Origin: Candidatus Melainabacteria bacterium 17Bon1m
GTDB taxonomy: Bacteria > Cyanobacteriota > Vampirovibrionia > Obscuribacterales > Obscuribacteraceae
Length of the DNA: 64,000 bases
Direction of reading: 5' to 3'
NCBI GenBank assembly: GCA_032128875.1
Contig: JAVLKG010000013.1
Span: forward strand, 45,610 to 109,609
Made by a program: the position numbers and the translations under genes. Every line of letters begins with the position of its first letter. Within the stretch, counting starts at the first letter, position 1. The notes below the pieces were generated by a model. The model saw nothing but the letters and a program-made list of their open reading frames with translations. It did not search any database and was not told where the DNA came from. Positions 27,585-36,687 of this stretch are shown here, in pieces.

Positions 27585-29723
27585 TTACGCCAGGATGCTC
27601 GGCGAGAAGCCGAGCGCAGAGGGCAGATAGCTGGCTGCAGGTTCGATCTCGATGCCCAGCTGTTGAAGCTGTGCGCTGAGTTTCGATGTGGGCGAGAATT
27701 GCTGCACGCGCGACACTCGTTTGACTGCGAGCATGGCCAGCGGATTGTCGCGTGGAGTCTCCTCCGTCGCGCGCGTGATGTGCCCGAACTCGAAGTCCAG
27801 GATGAGGAAGGACGTTGCCTCCTCGACAGTGGGCGCGACCGCGATGCTGTCACCGGCGCGAACGATGGCGACAGCCTCCCTGTGCCGGTCGGGCACAGGC
27901 GGCTGGAAGTTGATGTGCGTCTCGACCTTGTGGAAGTCTTGAGCGAGCACATAACGCTCCACCGCGCACTCGATGGCGTACTTGATGTGATTGACCTTCT
28001 GCGTCGTGCAGCGCGTCGTCACCGTCAGGTGAATAACCGCGATGCGTCCGACTTGGAAGGTCTTCACCGACTCCACCGACTTGATGCCGGGCGAAGTGCT
28101 GAGGATGCGGCGGATTTCCTGGTCGTGCTCGATGCCGATGCTGTGCTGCAAAAGCACGTGCCACGCCTTCTGCAAAAGCTCGTTGCCGGTGCGGAAGATG
28201 AGGTAGGCGATGACAATACCGAGCGGATACTCGATCCACGGCGCATGGAAGATGTACTCTGCGAGCACACCGACCAGTGCCACGAGTTCAATACGACCAT
28301 CGCTGGCCGTTTCTTCACCATCGGCAATCAGGCTGTCGTGCCCGGTTTTCTTGCCGACCGTTATCTGATAACGGCTGACAAACCAGGACAGAGCAACGCT
28401 GCCCGCCGTCACTGCCACCACCCAGGGGAAGTGTGAGGAGCTCATGATGAGCGGCTCGAACGCGGGCAATGGGATGATATTGCGCACCGCAGTGTCGATG
28501 TCCGGGAATCCTGCAAGAATGCCCGTTACCGATTTGACGGTGAAGAGAATGGCCATGCCGATGAGGCCAAGCCCGATCGCGCCCGCGGAGACGAACTCGA
28601 TGTTCTTGCGCCCGTAGGCATAACGCTCTGACGGCGGTCGCATCGAGACCTTGATGACGAGGATGACAGCGAGCGCCTCGAAGATGTCGGCGATGTTGTG
28701 CAGACCGTCACCGGTCAGCATCGGCGAGTTGATGGCAGTACCGAGCGTGATCTTCACGATCGATTTCACCACGTACATGGCAGCGACGATCACCATGACG
28801 AAGATGGGATTGCCGATGTTGTTGCGGATGAAATCAGGCACGAAGCCCCACTTGCCACGCTGCGTCGTCGTCTGTGCGTCCGTCGCAGTCAGATTGCGGC
28901 GGGCGCGAACCGGCTTGGGAAGCGGCTTGCGCTCTTGCGTCGATGGCGCCGCGACGAGAGTCGGAATCGGTGACTGGTCGAGAATCTGATTGACATAGCT
29001 GCCGATCAACGTTCTGCGACCGCGGTCGACCACGATCATGCTGGCCGTGTTTCGCACAGCCGAATGCAGGATGCCTTCGGTGACGTCCGGTGCGGTTTCG
29101 ACCTCCGTCTTGAATTCGACGCCCAGTTCGGTAGCCTTCGCTTCGAGAGCGGCGAGGACAGCCAGTGCGCCTTCGCACATGTGGTCGCGGGCGTCCGCCG
29201 ACGCGACTTCTGCGCTGCGCCAGGTCGTGTGGTAAAAGACGACCGACCTACCGAGCCTGCGCGCGAGCGGCAAGCCGACGTCAGCGGCGTCGAGATCGGA
29301 TTCACTGTCGCCGAACGGGATGAGGAACGGACCTTTCCCTCTTGCGTCGAGCGTGTGCTCGTCGAAAGGAATCAGAACGTTGAAGTCGGAGCGCCGCCCG
29401 ACAAGCCCGTGATCGACGACGATGGTTTGGGCGGGAAAAGTGATGGAAGCCGTGGAGTCGAACTCGACGAGGTCGATTTCTCTCTGTGTCAGTCCCGTCA
29501 GCTCTTCCACGTGTGCGAAGACACGCTGCCGCTGCTGGTTGTCGGCGTTTTGCTCCGAAGCGCCCTGAGCCATGGTGCTGCATTGCGCCTTGACTCGAAC
29601 GTAGAGAAGCAGCTTGCCGGCGCCCGTCATTTTGATCAGATCAGCCGCGAAGGTGAGTGCTGCTGCACCTTCCGGCGTGTCGGAAAAGACAACGCTAATG
29701 CGTTGATCCAGTGGCTGATGCAT
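27585..29723 (-). CDS. Universal-stress-protein domain(s) fused to a cation diffusion facilitator with C-terminal NifB/NifX-like domain
   Basis: N-terminal USP pattern (LIPFGDSES..A...G..LA..LG..V; GIL..A....ASMIVV..G...IGS...IL..SPIP.LV); CDF motifs GDGLHNIAD, PPS.RY.YG...E, S..ADG....SD; AGGAG RBS before ATG 29723. Confidence 0.85.
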   Translation of the reverse strand: MHQPLDQRISVVFSDTPEGAAALTFAADLIKMTGAGKLLLYVRVKAQCSTMAQGASEQNADNQQRQRVFAHVEELTGLTQREIDLVEFDSTASITFPAQTIVVDHGLVGRRSDFNVLIPFDEHTLDARGKGPFLIPFGDSESDLDAADVGLPLARRLGRSVVFYHTTWRSAEVASADARDHMCEGALAVLAALEAKATELGVEFKTEVETAPDVTEGILHSAVRNTASMIVVDRGRRTLIGSYVNQILDQSPIPTLVAAPSTQERKPLPKPVRARRNLTATDAQTTTQRGKWGFVPDFIRNNIGNPIFVMVIVAAMYVVKSIVKITLGTAINSPMLTGDGLHNIADIFEALAVILVIKVSMRPPSERYAYGRKNIEFVSAGAIGLGLIGMAILFTVKSVTGILAGFPDIDTAVRNIIPLPAFEPLIMSSSHFPWVVAVTAGSVALSWFVSRYQITVGKKTGHDSLIADGEETASDGRIELVALVGVLAEYIFHAPWIEYPLGIVIAYLIFRTGNELLQKAWHVLLQHSIGIEHDQEIRRILSTSPGIKSVESVKTFQVGRIAVIHLTVTTRCTTQKVNHIKYAIECAVERYVLAQDFHKVETHINFQPPVPDRHREAVAIVRAGDSIAVAPTVEEATSFLILDFEFGHITRATEETPRDNPLAMLAVKRVSRVQQFSPTSKLSAQLQQLGIEIEPAASYLPSALGFSPSILA

Positions 29724-30358
29724 ACATATGCTCCTTCTGCATGCAGACAAGAACGATGTCGCTCCTTCTGCAGCGTCAGTTTCAGAGAGCGTTGAGATAC
29801 CTCGGCATCAGTCTTCAGAGAGAATTCTCCTGAATTTGGAACTGATAACGAGAGCTGATGGCGTCTTGTTTTAGTTAGCGCCTTGCGTAGGGAAAAGAAT
29901 GGGGTACTTGGTGAACTTAGAGATCTCGGTGATATTTGCTCAATGGATATCAAGCGTTGTAAACGCTGACAGTTTGTTAAAGGAGCATGGTTCCTAAGCG
30001 TTTGAGTTGAAACTCATAAGTCTTGATCCGGTTACCAGCTCGCAATCTGATTACACATTAAGGAAATTGCGATTGCGAGACGAGGTGCGAAAACACCCGC
30101 AAACCCAGTCAGAAAAATGCTTTCGAGCATCACTGAAGAGCCTCTAATGATCGGCTTCCGCGAGGTTAGCGCTAGCGAAGTTTTTTCTCAGAATGGTGTT
30201 TGCGCAATGTTCAAAAACTGCGTAGATTGCGCCTTAAGCGAAACTCACTGTCTCCTATCGGTTATTCCGCGCGCCTGATCTGTTCTTCGCAAGCTTATAA
30301 CCAAAGCTTCTAAAACAAGTGGTGAGCGGAGTTTCATAGATGTCACTCAAAACAGATC

Positions 30359-30388
30359 TTGAGTTTTCACCAGTCAAGTTCATAGGGT
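30359..30388 (+). promoter_or_regulatory. Putative sigma70-type promoter TTGAGT-18-TAGGGT
   Basis: Followed by a pyrimidine-rich leader with boxA-like TGCTCTTTTCAC (30394) and CTCTTTGACATT (30449); about 240 nt upstream of ATG 30629. Confidence 0.45.
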
Positions 30389-30628
30389 CACTCTGCTCTT
30401 TTCACTTTTCACCCTTCTGGAATTTTCTTCGGTCCGAAAAACCTGTCTCTCTTTGACATTTTAGACCTCGACTACTTCCTGAAGGAAGAAGTGAAAAGCC
30501 GTCACTCGCATGAAGGTCGGAATCTCCTTGGGTCGTGCTTGTGCGCGGTCCTGACCACCTTTGCGTGTGGTGTCACATGTGGTGCCGCCTCAGCCGCATC
30601 ACTTAGCCGAAACTCTTTGGAGTCAAAT

Positions 30629-31285
30629 ATGAACAACGGAACAGTCAGTCAGTCCAAGGGCGGGCTCTTCAGCAAGGTCGCCTTGCTGTTGACGGCCTCT
30701 ATGGGCATCAGCGCGTTCGGTACCTACCTCGGTGCCGGTATCACCTCTCTCGGCGCCATCATCGCTCTTGCGATCGCGTTCATCGCCGGCGCCTTCATCG
30801 TTCCCTTCGCCGCCAAGCGCAGCAAGGAAGCGGGTCTCGTCGCTCTGGCAATCTGGACCTTCATCAGTGGTCTCTTCCTCGGACCCACGATGAATCACTA
30901 CGTCGCTTCCCTCGGGTGGCAGACGGTCTTCCTCTCCTTCCTCGGCACGGGCGGCGTCATGGCTGCCTGCGGCGCGATCGGCGCTCTCTCGGGCAAGGAC
31001 TTCTCGAACATGGGTAAGTACCTGATGTTCGGTCTCTTGGCCCTGATCGTCGTCGGCATCGTCAACATCTTCGTGGCGTTTTCCACCGGCGTGACCATCG
31101 TCTACTGCCTCATCGGCATGGCGATCTTCGCCGGCTTCTTCATCTTCGACTTCTTCCGGATTTCGAAGGCGGAGAACACCTGGTTCAACGCCATCACGGC
31201 CACGATGGAGATCTACCTCGACTTCATCAACTTCCTGCTCTACCTGCTCCGCTTCCTGGAAGCGGTGACCGGCAGCAAGAAGTAA
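30629..31285 (+). CDS. Bax inhibitor-1/YccA family membrane protein
   Basis: About 7 TMs; G..LGP, DFS.MG..L..GL, F.GF...D and A...Y.DFIN.L.YLLR motifs; GGAG RBS. Confidence 0.93.
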   Translation: MNNGTVSQSKGGLFSKVALLLTASMGISAFGTYLGAGITSLGAIIALAIAFIAGAFIVPFAAKRSKEAGLVALAIWTFISGLFLGPTMNHYVASLGWQTVFLSFLGTGGVMAACGAIGALSGKDFSNMGKYLMFGLLALIVVGIVNIFVAFSTGVTIVYCLIGMAIFAGFFIFDFFRISKAENTWFNAITATMEIYLDFINFLLYLLRFLEAVTGSKK

Positions 31286-31296
31286 TCTCGGAATTC

Positions 31297-31398
31297 GTGG
31301 GGGCGCGTTGCACGCGTCCTTGAAAATTCTGAACCTGTAGGGGCGATGCCATGCATCGCCCGGTTCCAAATCTGTAGGGGTGATGCCATGCATCGCCC
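31297..31398 (+). repeat. Three tandem GTAG-type REP hairpins
   Basis: GTGGGGGCGCGTTGCACGCGTCC (31297), GTAGGGGCGATGCCATGCATCGCCC (31337), GTAGGGGTGATGCCATGCATCGCCC (31374). Confidence 0.8.
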
Positions 31399-31567
31399 TT
31401 GCTGAGCGGCAATGCGCGGGAGGGGCGGGTGCAAACTCGCCTCTCTCGTTGCTGCTGCAATCTGACTCTCTGAATCTTTCCTCTCTGGAAAGCGGCTACC
31501 TGAGCCGGACTGTTGAGCAGCGTAACGCTGCAAATATTACCGGCTCAATTGCCGTGGAGAAAAAATC

Positions 31568-32971
31568 ATGAATGACATGCTTGTCATTGACGTTGGAAAT
31601 TCCAATGTCAAATACGCTCTATTTCGTGACGGAAAGTTGACGGACACCTGGCGCCATCCAACCGCGCAGGTGAAAGAGTCGGCTTCCGCCATTCTCGACA
31701 AAACGACCTGCCCAGTCGCCATCTCTTCGGTGGTGCCTGTCGCGGATCATCATCTCAAAGAGTTGCTCGCCGCCTCAGGTCGCGAAGTAACTTCGGTCAG
31801 CGCCGTGATGCAGAAGTTGCTCACCGGCATGGCTGATGAGATGGGCGCCGACCGTGTCGCCGATGCGGTTGCCGCCTGGCACCTGTACGGCAAGGGTCGC
31901 ACTCCTGTTGCCGTAATCGGCATGGGCACTGCAACGACGATGCTCGTCATCAGCGGTTCCGGTCACGTCAAAGGTGGCTGGATTGCGCCCGGATTGAGCG
32001 TCACGCTGGAAACCCTCCATCATCGCACCGCGCTTCTGCCGCTGCTGAAGATGGAAGGGCAGACGCTGCAGCTCGGCTTCGATACCGACACCCACATGCG
32101 CAACGGCGTCTTCGCCGGGCACATCGGTCTCGTCCGTGAGTGGTTGGCAATCGCCGACCGCAACCTCTTCGGACCGACCATCTTCGTGGGCACCGGCGGT
32201 GCCAGCAAGTCGGTGCAGGAGCATGGTAGCCTGAACAACAAGTTGTTCGATATCTGCGATCCGCACCTCACGCTCAAAGGCATTTACCTTCTGGCTACCT
32301 CAGCGAAAAACGCTCCCAAACAGGGTTCTGCCCGTCAGTCAGCCATCGCCAAAAAGCGCTGGGTGAAACTGATGAGCGAACTCGGTGTTGAAGAGTCGCG
32401 CTGGCGGCCGCTGTGGGAGAAGCTTGAGCGTCTTTACTCGGAGCGCGGGCGTTACTACCACAACCTCAAGCACATCGCCAAGACGCTCGCTCTGCTCGAC
32501 CGCTTCTCCGGCGGCTCGGCAAGCGCGCTTCTGCGTCTGGCCGCTTTCTACCACGACGCCATTTACGACGTCGCGGCGAAGGACAACGAAGAGAAAAGCG
32601 CTGACATGGCGAAGGAAGACCTGCTTGCCCTCGGGCTGCCGGAGCGCCTCGCCGACGATGTCGCCGAACTCATTCGTGCCACCAAGGGACACCGTCCCCT
32701 TGCCGGTCGTCTGGCAAAAGACTCGCGTCTTTTTCTGGATGCCGACCTCGCGATTCTGGCGTCGTCACCAAGCGAATACGGTCGCTACGCGGCTGACATC
32801 GCGCTGGAGTACGACTGGATGGATCCAGAGACGTACCGAAAGGGACGTGCGCACGTGCTCAAGAAGTTCATCGACCGCAAGCATCTCTTCTACACGCCCT
32901 CGGTTCGCGCCGAGCTGCAGAAGAAAGCGGTCGCGAACATGGAGCGCGAATTCCGTCGCTTGAAGGCGTAA
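31568..32971 (+). CDS. coaX: Type III pantothenate kinase fused to a COG4339-like HD phosphohydrolase
   Basis: IDVGNSN.K, SSVVP, MGADR, GTATT, GG.IAPG, TA.LP and GTGG (CoaX, aa ~1-245); then RYYHNLKHI, FYHDAIYD, NEEKSA, FLDADLAIL and EY.W...Y..GR..VL (HD), one uninterrupted frame. Confidence 0.9.
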   Translation: MNDMLVIDVGNSNVKYALFRDGKLTDTWRHPTAQVKESASAILDKTTCPVAISSVVPVADHHLKELLAASGREVTSVSAVMQKLLTGMADEMGADRVADAVAAWHLYGKGRTPVAVIGMGTATTMLVISGSGHVKGGWIAPGLSVTLETLHHRTALLPLLKMEGQTLQLGFDTDTHMRNGVFAGHIGLVREWLAIADRNLFGPTIFVGTGGASKSVQEHGSLNNKLFDICDPHLTLKGIYLLATSAKNAPKQGSARQSAIAKKRWVKLMSELGVEESRWRPLWEKLERLYSERGRYYHNLKHIAKTLALLDRFSGGSASALLRLAAFYHDAIYDVAAKDNEEKSADMAKEDLLALGLPERLADDVAELIRATKGHRPLAGRLAKDSRLFLDADLAILASSPSEYGRYAADIALEYDWMDPETYRKGRAHVLKKFIDRKHLFYTPSVRAELQKKAVANMEREFRRLKA

Positions 32972-33114
32972 TCGCCGCTTCCACAACTACCGGGGGGGCG
33001 CCGCCATGCGTCGCCCGTTCATACGTGGAAGTCGATTTTTACTTGCAGATAAGCGGGCTCGGCAAACACCACGCTTGCCGTTGCTCCCACCAATAGTGGC
33101 ACAAGGAAAAATCC

Positions 33115-33831
33115 ATGAAACCACGCAAACTCAGTCAGGCAGACATTGCCAAAAAGCTTCTTCGCGAAGCTCGGGTGGCGTCGCTTGGCACACTGATGCC
33201 GAACGGCACACCGTTCGTCTCTATCGTCGGTGTCGCCACCGCTCACGATGGTTCGCCTCTGCTGCTCATCTCCGGGCTGGCGGTGCACACCAAGAACGCT
33301 CTGCGCGACAATCGCGTCTCGTTGATGGTTGATGAGCGCGGTCACGGTAATCCGCTGGCCAACGGTCGACTATCGCTGACCGGCACGCTCGCTGTCACCA
33401 CCGATGCCGAAGACATCCGTCGCTATCAGGCTCGCCAGCCCGATGCGCGTGTCTACGCGTCGATCCACGACTTCGCTTATTACAAGATGACCGTGGATGG
33501 TGGACACTGCGTCGGCGGCTTCGGTCGCATCTTCGACGTGACGCCGGCAGAGGTCCTCACCAAAATCGACGATGCTCAGAAGTTCGTTGCTGCGGAGGAG
33601 GACTTCATCACCCATCTCAACGAAGACCACGCCGCCACGTGCCGTCTCTACGCCACCAAGCTGCTCGGCGGCAAGGACGGCGAATGGAAGTGCGTCGGCT
33701 GCGATCCCGATGGGCTCGACCTGCAGCTCGGTCGCACTGGACTGCGTCTGGTGTTCCCGCGCAAGGTCCGCACTCCCGGTGCGTTGCGCAAAGTGCTGAA
33801 GGAGCTGGCCGATCAAGCTCGGGCAGCCTAA
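33115..33831 (+). CDS. HugZ/PNPOx-like heme-utilisation family protein with DUF2470
   Basis: SL.TL...G.PF.S.V, IS.LA.HTKN, HDF, VGGFG, H.NEDH and G.DPDG.DL motifs. Confidence 0.88.
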   Translation: MKPRKLSQADIAKKLLREARVASLGTLMPNGTPFVSIVGVATAHDGSPLLLISGLAVHTKNALRDNRVSLMVDERGHGNPLANGRLSLTGTLAVTTDAEDIRRYQARQPDARVYASIHDFAYYKMTVDGGHCVGGFGRIFDVTPAEVLTKIDDAQKFVAAEEDFITHLNEDHAATCRLYATKLLGGKDGEWKCVGCDPDGLDLQLGRTGLRLVFPRKVRTPGALRKVLKELADQARAA

Positions 33832-33873
33832 GCACTTCAACAGGAGTGAATGCTGCGGAAACGTAGCTTAGTG

Positions 33874-33923
33874 AACTCGAGGGAGAACTGGATAAAACCT
33901 TGTTCTCCCTCGGGTTTCTTTTT
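33874..33923 (+). terminator. Intrinsic terminator
   Basis: AACTCGAGGGAGAAC...GTTCTCCCTCGGGTT followed by TCTTTTT. Confidence 0.65.
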
Positions 33924-34115
33924 AGACGTGGAGCTACTGTGCTATGTAGCAAACATGGCCTAGAACGTTTGGAGTTTTGGTCTTTTCCGCGCGTCAAACG
34001 AATGTCATGTCGCGCGACTATTGTTTCACCTAACACCCCTTGCCACCCGGAAATAATGTCACTCAGAAAATGAGTTCGGCACTCGTTTTTATTGCCTTTG
34101 CGGAGGTTCTTCTAT

Positions 34116-34688
34116 ATGCCAATTTATGATGCTCGTGAAGTCGACTTCGGACAACGCGGCGGCGACCAGCGAAATGACTTCCAGAAAAATCTCGTCTTTG
34201 ACAGCAACTTCAACAGCGATTTTTTCGCCGCTATGCAGTCGAAGGTTGATAAAGTGAAAGCATCCGATGACATGGACACTGTTACTATCTATGCGGCGCC
34301 TGATGACCCGAAGAGAGACGAGTACAACGACCAGGCAATGAATCGGAAGGTGCCTGATGTCTATCCTGCTTTGACCAATGAGCAGGAAACATTTGCAGCG
34401 GCCGCCGCGGGGATAGTTCAAGAATTCGCCACTGTATTTCCTGATGGATCTGCCAATGAGGCGCTCAATAAGCTGCTCAAACAGTTTTCAGAAAACCTGC
34501 CCAATCAAAGCGTTATCGATGCAATTAACATGAAGATGAGAGACTGGTACCAGGAGCATCCCGGCGAATACCCAGTTCGACTTGGGTTTTCGGCTCTCAC
34601 TGGAGACTATTATCTGGGTATACAGCAGGGCGATAAGTACGTACCTACTTTCAGACTGAACGGACAGTCAGGAGAGAGGCTCCAGTAA
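34116..34688 (+). CDS. Hypothetical acidic protein
   Basis: GGAGG RBS before ATG 34116; no recognisable domain. Confidence 0.65.
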   Translation: MPIYDAREVDFGQRGGDQRNDFQKNLVFDSNFNSDFFAAMQSKVDKVKASDDMDTVTIYAAPDDPKRDEYNDQAMNRKVPDVYPALTNEQETFAAAAAGIVQEFATVFPDGSANEALNKLLKQFSENLPNQSVIDAINMKMRDWYQEHPGEYPVRLGFSALTGDYYLGIQQGDKYVPTFRLNGQSGERLQ

Positions 34689-35254
34689 GACTAGAGCGGT
34701 AGGTCGTAAAGGTTGTGAATGCTTTGTTTTTCAGAAGTTGCCATTTCCCATCAATTGCGATGGTTGGTTGAATTGCAGCGATTGTCTCCGGGTTCCAAAA
34801 ACTAACTCTAAATCAACGGTGCATGTGTGATGGTGGTGAAAAGTTTGTCGGGTAAATCAACGAAAGTTGGTTTACCCGTTTTTGCTTATGGTATCGCATA
34901 TGGTGCCATGGCTAGCATCGCTAGCGCTGTTTTGCAAGGCTGCGAAACATCTTTTCTTTGGCGTCCTTTGCGATTTAACCGAAATAACAATTGCGCGCGT
35001 GCGTGTGGAAGTGTGAGTGTAATCTTGTAGACTTCCATTCATTTTTTCGATCGCATTTATCCAACCTCCGAAACTACCATTCCACCTGCGAGCTTCGGCG
35101 TTAGGCACTCAACTGCTGTTGAGCAACCTTGGCTCCATTCGTCAATGTGGCGGTCCTGGATTCCGGTTGCCTAGTCACTCGCGCGAAGCTAGCGAAGGGC
35201 GCCTTTCGTAAGCGCCATGCAACAACGAAACCCAACAACACGAAAGATACAAAA

Positions 35255-35602
35255 ATGCAAAAGCTCAAAGGCATTCTGGCTTGCGGCCTGGTAACAATGC
35301 TGATCTTCTCTTTTATCAATCAATTGCTGAATGGCGATAATGCGCCACCGTATTTGGTTACCATTCCCGTCTATGCAGGCATTGGTTTGCTGCTCGGACT
35401 GATGATCGCCTTCGTATTCGATTCGCTCAACCGGATTTTTGCCGGTGCTCTTGGGTTGCTGACATTGCATATCGGCGGTTTGCTAGTTGCAATTTTCGTC
35501 TTTGATGTCACTCTCCATGCCTGGTTTACGGCAATCAACTTTGTGGTGGTGATGGTCATAGGTGCCATTTGTGGTGCAGTTTACAGAATTGCTTCACGAT
35601 AG
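35255..35602 (+). CDS. Hypothetical 4-TM membrane protein
   Basis: Four hydrophobic segments from MQKLKG. Confidence 0.65.
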   Translation: MQKLKGILACGLVTMLIFSFINQLLNGDNAPPYLVTIPVYAGIGLLLGLMIAFVFDSLNRIFAGALGLLTLHIGGLLVAIFVFDVTLHAWFTAINFVVVMVIGAICGAVYRIASR

Positions 35603-35633
35603 GCGCAGGCGAATCTGACTTAAGGAAGCGAAC

Positions 35634-35957
35634 ATGATATTTGCCCACCTCATGAAGACACTTTCGCGCCGGATTTCTCGGAGTTTTGAAGTTGATGTCG
35701 TTGAAAGGCAGCGCCAGCGGCCGATTGTCGACGACGAGCGAATCGAGCCGGTGCTTGCACTTTGCGCGCAAAACATGCGCGCCGGCGTTAAGTCGCAGAC
35801 TTTTGATATTCCGCGCTGGTTGACGCTGGAAGAGTTCCAGGCAGTTCGGCGCAGAATGCTCGAACAGGGTTGGGAGGTTAAGTACACCTTCCCTTCTCGA
35901 TTTCGAGATCGTCCGCAACTGTGCATTGTTCCAATAGATGATTGGAACGAAAACTGA
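35634..35957 (+). CDS. Hypothetical protein
   Basis: AAGGA RBS; co-oriented with neighbours. Confidence 0.55.
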   Translation: MIFAHLMKTLSRRISRSFEVDVVERQRQRPIVDDERIEPVLALCAQNMRAGVKSQTFDIPRWLTLEEFQAVRRRMLEQGWEVKYTFPSRFRDRPQLCIVPIDDWNEN

Positions 35958-36050
35958 GTTAGACAGAAGAAAACATCAACACAATCGCGCAATCCGCCAC
36001 TCGTGATTCAGCACAAGAGTGGCACTACAGAAGCAACAAGGAAGTTTTCC

Positions 36051-36494
36051 ATGAATCCTATCATCCGCTTTCTCTATCCTGTGGTCGCCCTCGGGGGGCC
36101 ATTCATCATCCTGCTCTTCTCTAGCGGTTTCGCACAAAAGATGATCGCCTGCACGCCGAAAGATGTCGTAAGTCCAATCGTGAATACAGAGCGCGTCGCG
36201 ATGTTTGAAAAACATCTTCAGATCCGCTACGTGGCGGGCGAGAAGTTCTATTCGATAATCTTTGATTTCAAAGAACTGGGCGATTACAAGTTCCGCTTTT
36301 CCGCCCCGGACAACACGAGGCTGACTAAGTCCAGCTATCTGCCGCGCGACTTCGACAGAGTAATGGAGCCGTACATGCCGGGTCTGCACATCGCCGGAGG
36401 AATGCTCCCGCGTCGTCTTCGCATGGAAGTTACACACAAGGGAAAAGTAGAAACACACGACTTCTACAATAACTTGTCTCCTCTCGACTACTGA
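36051..36494 (+). CDS. Hypothetical membrane-anchored protein (paralog of 24176-24538)
   Basis: N-terminal hydrophobic stretch; C-terminus LPRRLRMEVTHKGKVETHDF. Confidence 0.7.
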   Translation: MNPIIRFLYPVVALGGPFIILLFSSGFAQKMIACTPKDVVSPIVNTERVAMFEKHLQIRYVAGEKFYSIIFDFKELGDYKFRFSAPDNTRLTKSSYLPRDFDRVMEPYMPGLHIAGGMLPRRLRMEVTHKGKVETHDFYNNLSPLDY

Positions 36495-36687
36495 TCTGTG
36501 AATAGATTGAAACGGCTATGCCACGGGATCTGCGTATCTCGTGGCGGCGATAATTTCCCAGATTTTGTTTTTCATGGCCATACTAGTCTTTGTCGTAGCG
36601 TGCGGCAGAAAGTTAAAACACTGAAGCAAACACCCTCCAGCAGCGCATTGCCGAAGGGTGCTTGCTCGCTTGTGTTGTTCTTATCGG

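Noticed and set aside
29866-30372. Inverted matches CTTGTTTTAG/CTAAAACAAG and GGTGAACTTAGAGATCT/AGATCTTGAGTTTTCACC as a long hairpin
   Set aside because: The two pairs are not nested, so they cannot form one stem; short enough to be chance.
31297-31398. Mini-CRISPR (25-bp palindromic repeats about 37-40 bp apart)
   Set aside because: Spacers are only about 12-17 bp and the repeats are GTAG-type REP hairpins.
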